From: Acidimicrobiia bacterium
GTDB lineage: Bacteria; Actinomycetota; Acidimicrobiia; Spongiisociales; Spongiisociaceae
NCBI GenBank assembly: GCA_041576165.1
Contig: JBFGLM010000015.1
Location: 1-64,000, forward strand
Direction of reading: 5' to 3'
DNA: 64,000 nt
Of the stretch, positions 57,634-64,000 are shown piece after piece. How positions within the stretch are numbered: position 1 is the first letter of the stretch; each line of letters opens with the position of its first letter. Under the pieces are notes generated by a model, which saw nothing but the letters and a program-made list of their open reading frames with translations, had not been told where the DNA came from and searched no databases. The translations under genes and the position numbers were made by a program.

Positions 57634-59094
57634 TCAGCCGGGCCGGCTGATCAATTGATCGACCGGGGCGAAGTCGTCAGTGAGTGTCCGGGCGTCATCG
57701 ATGAACGCGTCGAGTGCGTCGCCGGTCACCACGACCTCCGTGCCCGCCCGGGCCGTGATCCGCGCCTGAAGGTCATCCCACGGAAACGGCGCACGGGCGC
57801 CGACCATCACGAAATTGCCGCCCCGCTCGGCCGCGAGATATCCGGGTGGCGCAATCACGGCCGCATGCTCGAACACGGCGCGGAACGTCGCGGCCTCGGC
57901 CCGGGCAAAACCGAGCGGCGGATAGTCCAACAGGTTGATCACGTAGACCGCGTCGTCGGCCATGACCCGCCTGATCTCATCCATGAACTCGCGCGTTGTC
58001 AGGTGCCACGGCACCGACAAGCCACCAAACGCATCGCCCAGCACCATGTCGTAGCTCTGATCCGGGCGAGCGGGGAGGGCCAGCCGGGCGTCCCCAATAT
58101 GAATATTGATGCCGTCGAGGGAGGTCAAGCCGAGATCCTCTTCGGCGATGTCGACCAGCTCGGCGTCGATCTCGAATACATCGGCCACCGACCCGGGGCG
58201 CGTGGTCGCAACGTAACGGGGCAACGTGAAGCCGCCGCCGCCGATATAGGCGGCATTCAGCGGTCCGTCGGACAGCTCGGCCAGGACGTCACCCACGATC
58301 TTCGAGTAGCGGAACTCGAGGTGGGTCGGGTCTTCGAGATCGACATAGCTGTGCCGCAGCGTGTCCAGCCACAGCGTGCGGCCAGACGGACGCAACGCAT
58401 CGAGCTCGACCACCGCACAGAAGTAGCGCGTCTCCACCTGGCATGGACGGTCGACTGCCGCGGTAGCTGCGCCGGCCACCAGCACGAGCGCGGCCAGGCC
58501 GCCGAGCGAGGTGGCGGCGACGGAAGCTCGAATGCCGAGCCCGACACCGGACAGAGCGAGCAGGATGCCGAGTGTGACGACCAGGGCGCGGGTCGGCACG
58601 GATGCGATCAGCACGAACCCGGTCAGGAACGTCCCGGCCAGCGCCCCGGCGGTGCCCACTGCCGAGAACGAACCGACCACTGAGCCAGTTTCCTCCAGCG
58701 ATCGGAGCCGGATCTTGATCACGATCGGGGTGACGGCGGAGAGCAGGGCCGCCGGGGCCAGGAACCCGATAGTGGTGAGCGTCACGATTTCGACCGGGCC
58801 GGCCGTCCGCATCGAGGGACCGACCAGGTCGGTCAGCACCGGAGCCAGCAATACGAATGCTGCTGCCACCAGCAACAGCGGCGGCAGGATTCGGTCGGGA
58901 TCGCGGCGGTCTGCCATTCGCCCGCCCCACCACGCCCCGAACGCAATCCCGGCCAGAATCACGCCGATGATCCCGGTGAACGTCTCGAGGGTCACGCCGA
59001 CATAGGGCGCCATGAGTCGGCCGGCCAGAATCTCGAGCACCAGAACCACTGCCGATGATCCGAAGACGAGCAGGCGGGCCAGGACGATTGACAT
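57634..59094 (-). CDS. Fused membrane domain / spermidine synthase-like methyltransferase
   Basis: N-terminal TM segments (LEILAGRL.AP), IGGGGFT, FEID, GDAR, DAF and LTDDFAPV. Confidence 0.9.
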   Translation of the reverse strand: MSIVLARLLVFGSSAVVLVLEILAGRLMAPYVGVTLETFTGIIGVILAGIAFGAWWGGRMADRRDPDRILPPLLLVAAAFVLLAPVLTDLVGPSMRTAGPVEIVTLTTIGFLAPAALLSAVTPIVIKIRLRSLEETGSVVGSFSAVGTAGALAGTFLTGFVLIASVPTRALVVTLGILLALSGVGLGIRASVAATSLGGLAALVLVAGAATAAVDRPCQVETRYFCAVVELDALRPSGRTLWLDTLRHSYVDLEDPTHLEFRYSKIVGDVLAELSDGPLNAAYIGGGGFTLPRYVATTRPGSVADVFEIDAELVDIAEEDLGLTSLDGINIHIGDARLALPARPDQSYDMVLGDAFGGLSVPWHLTTREFMDEIRRVMADDAVYVINLLDYPPLGFARAEAATFRAVFEHAAVIAPPGYLAAERGGNFVMVGARAPFPWDDLQARITARAGTEVVVTGDALDAFIDDARTLTDDFAPVDQLISRPG

Positions 59095-59136
59095 AGGCGG
59101 GAGTGTCCCAGAGCCACCCGCCGGTCGCCAGACGGG

Positions 59137-59361
59137 CTAGGACGGCGCCGGCTGATCCGGTTCCGGGCCCTCTTCCGGCTTGACCCGCTGGGCCCTGAAC
59201 CACTCCAGTACCTCATCGCGGTGAAACAGCCGCCGTCCGTTGACCGTGGCCGACGGCAACCACCCCTCTCCCGTCAGCCGGCGCACCTCCCCGATGGATA
59301 GGCCCAGCATGTCCGCCACCCCCGGCGTGTCGAGAATGGGTGGATACCGTTCGAAGCTCAT
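59137..59361 (-). CDS. Small helix-turn-helix (excisionase-like HTH_17) protein
   Basis: LDTPGVADMLG...G.LP...RRLF.R.EV.EW. ATGA-coupled to the Tad gene. Confidence 0.75.
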   Translation of the reverse strand: MSFERYPPILDTPGVADMLGLSIGEVRRLTGEGWLPSATVNGRRLFHRDEVLEWFRAQRVKPEEGPEPDQPAPS

Positions 59362-59774
59362 GGTGAAAGAGCGGGGATGGCATTGGCCCGCACCGACACC
59401 GTAAACGGATCCTCCCCCACCAGCAGAATCCGCAACAGAGTGAAGTCCACCTCACGTTCCAGCGTCACGCTGATGTCCGCTGGGGTCGGCACGATCGTTT
59501 CGGTGATGGAGACATTCCATTCAGGGTGGTTTAGGAGAAATGAGCTGGCTCGGGCTGCAGCTTCGTCCGGCGCCAACCGGACCACACCGTTGTTGCGCCA
59601 CTCAGCGACATCCACCGCGGTGGCGCCGGCCACGACAGCCCCGTCGGCCATGCCGGCTAGAATCCGTCGCTCGGTGAAGGCGCGCCACATGTCGACGCTC
59701 AGCCCGCCCAGGAACAGCACTGCGACGCACAGTCCCAGCACCCACACGGTCACCGAGCCTCGCTCGCTTGTCAC
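59358..59774 (-). CDS. TadG/TadE-like pseudopilin
   Basis: ERGSVT followed by a TM segment; ADGAVVAGA. Confidence 0.8.
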   Translation of the reverse strand: MTSERGSVTVWVLGLCVAVLFLGGLSVDMWRAFTERRILAGMADGAVVAGATAVDVAEWRNNGVVRLAPDEAAARASSFLLNHPEWNVSITETIVPTPADISVTLEREVDFTLLRILLVGEDPFTVSVRANAIPALSP

Positions 59775-60187
59775 GGCGGGAACGACCTGTAATCGTCGAC
59801 CCGCTCTGAGTGCGAAAAGGTCACGTGGGAGCCGGCGAAGGTCCCGATTCCGGGAATGGCCAGCACCGGAACCGGCACGGTCACATTGGCTGTGATCGTC
59901 TCGCCCCAGTCGAGCACACCGTCGAACGTGACAGTCACGCCCATGTAACCGTGATTCTCGGCGACCTGCTGCGCCAGCGCGATACCGGCCGCCCGGCCTT
60001 GGGTCTCAGTGTCCGCCAGCACCATCGCCCGAGCCGCCTCTTGCGCGGCCAGCTCGCCCATCGATTTCGCTTCGATCCACGTCGGGATAGCTGCCACGAG
60101 CATGACCAGAGGGAACAGGAGCAGCCCCACCCCTATCAGCATTTCGATCGTGCCCGACGCCCCGCGCTCGTCCCGCCAATCGATCAT
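59771..60187 (-). CDS. tadE: TadE-like pseudopilin
   Basis: DERGASGTIE followed by a TM segment; AAQEAAR. Confidence 0.8.
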   Translation of the reverse strand: MIDWRDERGASGTIEMLIGVGLLLFPLVMLVAAIPTWIEAKSMGELAAQEAARAMVLADTETQGRAAGIALAQQVAENHGYMGVTVTFDGVLDWGETITANVTVPVPVLAIPGIGTFAGSHVTFSHSERVDDYRSFPP

Positions 60188-60573
60188 GGGATCGGATCCT
60201 CGTTGCGGGCACGGCCTTCCAGTGTGAAGCTCCACGATCCGACACCAGGGATCGGGCTTGTGAGCGTGGCGTTGGCAGTTGCGACCATTTCTTCTCCGAT
60301 CACGGCGCACGCCACGGCGATGTTGTCCCCAAGCGGACCACCCAACAGGTCGTCGAGCGCATTCTGGGCTCGCGACACGCACTCGCCGGCCGACGCGTTC
60401 GCAAACGACCCGGCGCGAGCCCCCTCATCCACCGCGGCTCGAACAACACCGCGGGCGTAGACGAACAGGAGCACGTTCACCATTGTCATGAACACGATGA
60501 ACAACACGCCGACGGTGAGGAGCATGGTGACCGACGCCTGGCCGTCCTCGCACCTGGCGGATGCCTGGTGCAC
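60184..60573 (-). CDS. tadE: TadE-like pseudopilin
   Basis: EDGQASV followed by a TM segment; AAVDEGARAG. Confidence 0.8.
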   Translation of the reverse strand: MHQASARCEDGQASVTMLLTVGVLFIVFMTMVNVLLFVYARGVVRAAVDEGARAGSFANASAGECVSRAQNALDDLLGGPLGDNIAVACAVIGEEMVATANATLTSPIPGVGSWSFTLEGRARNEDPIP

Positions 60574-60659
60574 CGCACCGGCGTCCCGAGGCCCTCTGCA
60601 AATCGCTCCCGATGAAGACTCCCTCGGCTGCCGCCGTCCCACGTCCGACCGGCCCCGGA

Positions 60660-60839
60660 TCAGATGCCGAGCTGGCCTCGCACCCATCCGATGACATCCG
60701 TTCCAAGCGCCTGCAACGCTCCGAGCAGCCCCATGACGACCAGCACGCCCACCACGATCCACGCAAAAATCGTGCTCGTCTCCGCCGCGCCCCGTTCGTC
60801 GCGTGCGATGCGGGAGATCGTCATCAGCATCCATACCAT
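60660..60839 (-). CDS. flp: Flp-type pilin
   Basis: Short protein with DERG followed by a hydrophobic helix, directly after tadC. Confidence 0.72.
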   Translation of the reverse strand: MVWMLMTISRIARDERGAAETSTIFAWIVVGVLVVMGLLGALQALGTDVIGWVRGQLGI

Positions 60840-60861
60840 CCGGGCTTCCTTTCTCATTGAC

Positions 60862-61821
60862 CTACAACCCGCCGAAGATGATCGTCGGCATGGGCGCCCC
60901 CAGGAACCAGAGCATGACCGGCGCGAGGACCACCACGATCGGTATCACCATCAGCAGACGCCGTTTGGCGGCCGCGGCCTGAAGGCCGTCGCGTCGCGAC
61001 GCACGCAGGTCCTTCGACAGGTCCAGCAAGGCGTCCGCGAGGTCGGCGCCCCGTTCTTGCGCCGTAGCGATGACCCGATATGTCCGCTCAGCTTCCCGCT
61101 CGGGTGTCAGCTGGGCGGCTCGCTCCAGGGCATCGGTGAATGCCCACCCGCGCTCATGCAGGCGCAATGCCTCGGCGAGCTCGTCCACCACTACCCCATT
61201 GGCCCGCTGCACCACGTGGCGGGTCGCCTCGACCGCGCCGCCACCAACCCGGGTTCGTAGCGCAATCAGCTGGTTGACGGTGTAGAGCTCGCTCCGCATC
61301 CGCTCCCTGCGGTTTGCGATCGCCTGGTCCACCCGGCTCCTGGCCGTGAGCAACCCGAGCGTGAACCCGAGACCGCCAAACACCATGAGCCCGAATGCGT
61401 TTTGGAAGAGCAGCAGCCCGATCAACCCGATCCCACTACCCATGAGAACGGACCGGCCCACGGTCCGCATACGGTATTCCTGGGAACGCAGCTCCTCGGG
61501 CGTGGCCGGGTACAGACCGGCTTGGCGTAGGCGGACGCCAAGCACCTCATCTGAGGATGACGTGACCACCCGTCCCAGCCGGCTAACGGCACCCTGGGCG
61601 ATCGGCCCAAACAAACGCCGCAGCGTTCCCTGCCCGAACACCGGGCCCTGACTGGCCTGTCCGCGCGCGTCGGGACTGCGTCGCAGCTCCGCCCGAGCGA
61701 CGGCTGTGTAGGGCCGTACTCGCGGCGCTAATGGACGGGGCGGACGCAGCAGCGCCCAAACGACAGATCCGGCAAAGAGCGCGGATGAGGTGACGGCCAG
61801 TATCGGCAGGAGACCACTCAT
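60862..61821 (-). CDS. tadC: TadC (type II secretion F-family) protein
   Basis: RLRQAG, ERGADLADAL and AAAKR followed by a TM segment. Confidence 0.85.
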   Translation of the reverse strand: MSGLLPILAVTSSALFAGSVVWALLRPPRPLAPRVRPYTAVARAELRRSPDARGQASQGPVFGQGTLRRLFGPIAQGAVSRLGRVVTSSSDEVLGVRLRQAGLYPATPEELRSQEYRMRTVGRSVLMGSGIGLIGLLLFQNAFGLMVFGGLGFTLGLLTARSRVDQAIANRRERMRSELYTVNQLIALRTRVGGGAVEATRHVVQRANGVVVDELAEALRLHERGWAFTDALERAAQLTPEREAERTYRVIATAQERGADLADALLDLSKDLRASRRDGLQAAAAKRRLLMVIPIVVVLAPVMLWFLGAPMPTIIFGGL

Positions 61822-62717
61822 GAGCCGACCGGATCCCGGGCAACGGCGGCCGAGCCACCAAGTACGCGGCGTTCCGCTTCGCGGCGGGTCAATCGGCGCA
61901 GGAGAAACATCCCGAGAACACTCCACAACGCACCGATGATGACGACCAGCAGACCCCGGGAGCTGCGATAGAAATCCTGGTACGGGCCCGGGAAGAAGGT
62001 CAGGAAGATGAGCATGGCCCAGGGCACCACGATCACGACCCGGCTCTCGAGCCGCTGCTCGAGACCGGCGGTGCGGATCTCCCGTTCCGTCCGAAGGTCC
62101 TCAGTGATCTCCTCAACCAGGTGGCGCAACACCGCCTCGGTCAGGTCGCCCCCATGGAGATAGGCCAAGATGAGGACTTCGATGACCTTGTCTGAGGTTG
62201 GATCCCCTAGCTCCTCCTTGACGAGCTCCAGCGCCGGCGCGAATCCAAACATCCGGGCCTGAAGGGGGAACCGCTCGAACGCCGCCTCCAGCGGCTCGGG
62301 TCCGCTGGACGCGAGGCTGAGTACGGCGTTGGACATCGTGGCCCCAGCCGAGATGGATGCCAGCGCGTCTCGTATGCCATCAGGCCAGGCCGCCCGTATC
62401 TCGTCCAGTCGCGCCTGCCGCCTGCGGCCGTAGAACGCACGGGGAAACAGGGCCGCGCCGACGGCCGGGGCGGCCGCCAACCACCAGGCTCCCGATACCA
62501 GCAGCCCGAGCAGGAAGGCCAGCAGCCCGGCCAGAAGTGATCCGGCCCAGAACTGGCGGGGCGTGAGGTCCGACCCGGCCTGGATCAACCAGAGCTGACG
62601 ATCGCTGACCTGAGGGCGCGACTCCGATCGCCACCGAAGTTGGGGGGCGTAGCCCGTCGCGTATCCGACCAGCAGATAGATGAAGGCGCCACTGAGCAGC
62701 GCAGCGATCAGCCTCAT
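61818..62717 (-). CDS. tadB: TadB (type II secretion F-family) protein
   Basis: WPD...SISAG, LGDPTSD and HGGDL motifs. Confidence 0.85.
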   Translation of the reverse strand: MRLIAALLSGAFIYLLVGYATGYAPQLRWRSESRPQVSDRQLWLIQAGSDLTPRQFWAGSLLAGLLAFLLGLLVSGAWWLAAAPAVGAALFPRAFYGRRRQARLDEIRAAWPDGIRDALASISAGATMSNAVLSLASSGPEPLEAAFERFPLQARMFGFAPALELVKEELGDPTSDKVIEVLILAYLHGGDLTEAVLRHLVEEITEDLRTEREIRTAGLEQRLESRVVIVVPWAMLIFLTFFPGPYQDFYRSSRGLLVVIIGALWSVLGMFLLRRLTRREAERRVLGGSAAVARDPVGS

Positions 62718-64000
62718 CGGTGAGGTCTCCGGGCTCCGGAAAGGATTGACTGCAGGCTCACGTCGTCGGGCAACGTACGCTCGATCCTCGCGGTGAGATC
62801 CGGAGTGGGCAGGGTGCCCGTCCACCGGAGCGGCGTACCCAGACTCTCGCGCAGAAACATCGCCTCAGTGGTGAAATCCTCACTTGTCAACGACGGGGCG
62901 ATCGTCAGGATCTCCTGAACCTGACGCTGCAGGCCGGTGCCCTCGTCACGCGACGGACGCATGTCGCGGTCGAGATGGACGACCAGGTCGATCGAAGATG
63001 CAAAGACCCGGCGCACGATGGATTCTGTGACGTTTTCGCCGGCCATCACCGCGGCGTTGACCAGCGCATTGAGGGCATCGCGGGCTGAGTTGGCGTGGAT
63101 GGTGCACGCGAAGCCACAGCCGGCGTTGACGGCCCTGGTCAGCTCGAACGCCTCGCTGCCCCTGACTTCGCCAACACAGATCAGGTCGGGCCGCTGAGCC
63201 AACACCACCTTTACGAGATCACGTAGCGAATACTTCCGGGTGCCGTCGAGGGTGGGCGGGCTGGCCTCGTAGAACGAGCCGTGCACCAGTGGAAAGTGCA
63301 GCTCGCGCACCTCCTCACACACCCTGACACAGCGGTCGTCGGGTACGCTGCGGAGAAACGCGCTCAGCATCGTCGTCTTTCCCGCCCCGGGCGGGCCGCT
63401 GAACAAAACCGTCGTCGTTCCTTGCGCAGCGGCCCACAACAAACCCGCGGCGGGCGGGGTGAGCGCCCCCCGATCGATCAGGAAGTCGAAGTCGTAATCC
63501 TTGACCGTGTACCGGCGCAGCGTCACCGAGAGATGGTCGGCCACCGGCGGGATAACGGCCGTGAGGCGGGCCCGGCCGTCCAGTACCCGAGCCTGCTCGA
63601 TCGGATTGGATGTGTCTAGGCGCCGGTTGGTAGACGACAGAATGCGATCGACGATCTGGCGGTTTTCTTCCTCGGAGGTCGGAGCGTTCAGCGCCTGCAG
63701 TCGGCCCGTTGCGTCGAGGTAGGTGACCCGGGGACCTTCGATGAAGATCTCTTCCACGTCGTTGCGCTCGAGCAACTCTGTGAGCGGTCCGTACCCGGTC
63801 AGCGAGTTGAGCAGCCGCCGGGTGAGTTCTGCCGGGTCGCGCAACGGCCTGAGACCGTTGCCACCTCGAGCCCGAGACTGATAGCCGTCTACGAGTTCGG
63901 AGACCGCCACCCGCACCTCCTCCAGATTGCCGACAGGATCGAGGCGGAGTTCATCGATCCGTTCGGCCGCCAGGCGGCGCAGCACCTCGTACGCACCCGT
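62714..64000 (-). CDS. tadA: CpaF/TadA pilus assembly ATPase (5' end off window)
   Basis: GYGPL, GPPGAGKTT, RPD.I.VGEVRG.EA and TIHANS. Frame stays open to the edge. Confidence 0.93.
   Translation of the reverse strand, partial: TGAYEVLRRLAAERIDELRLDPVGNLEEVRVAVSELVDGYQSRARGGNGLRPLRDPAELTRRLLNSLTGYGPLTELLERNDVEEIFIEGPRVTYLDATGRLQALNAPTSEEENRQIVDRILSSTNRRLDTSNPIEQARVLDGRARLTAVIPPVADHLSVTLRRYTVKDYDFDFLIDRGALTPPAAGLLWAAAQGTTTVLFSGPPGAGKTTMLSAFLRSVPDDRCVRVCEEVRELHFPLVHGSFYEASPPTLDGTRKYSLRDLVKVVLAQRPDLICVGEVRGSEAFELTRAVNAGCGFACTIHANSARDALNALVNAAVMAGENVTESIVRRVFASSIDLVVHLDRDMRPSRDEGTGLQRQVQEILTIAPSLTSEDFTTEAMFLRESLGTPLRWTGTLPTPDLTARIERTLPDDVSLQSILSGARRPHR

Noticed and set aside
59137-59361. Excisionase marking a prophage or ICE
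   Set aside because: No integrase, att site, phage gene or relaxase is present.

Overview
High-GC window, probably actinobacterial (Acidimicrobiia-like by gene content; inferred). About 0.8-52 kb is a large catabolic region with several parts. Redox and ring-cleavage enzymes: ThDP E1 alpha/beta, SSADH, an LLM flavin oxidoreductase and a LigAB-type dioxygenase. Hydrolytic enzymes: two M24-fold proteins (one DddP-like), three DHPON/FrsA-type alpha/beta hydrolases, creatininase, a cyclic amidohydrolase and a nitrilase. Also a CoA-transferase, a TauABC/NitT-type ABC transporter and many thiol-redox proteins. Two features are missed by the ORF track. First, a LacI-type palindromic operator (about TGCAATCGWTTGCA) recurs 10 times in intergenic DNA from 4.2 to 51.1 kb, including beside the LacI gene, and outlines a roughly 50-kb regulon for an unknown substrate. 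Second, two apparently split genes are in-frame UGA selenoproteins, each followed by a SECIS-like hairpin with a GGUC loop: a GrdB/PrdB-like UxxC protein and an AhpD-like CxxU protein. The region ends in a decayed ACMSD-like pseudogene. The right end holds an ECF sigma/anti-sigma/GSDH-CHRD unit, lhgO, a REP-like element, a spermidine synthase fusion and a Tad pilus operon. No rRNA, tRNA, CRISPR array or transposase was recognised. All calls come from reading motifs by eye; no searches were run.
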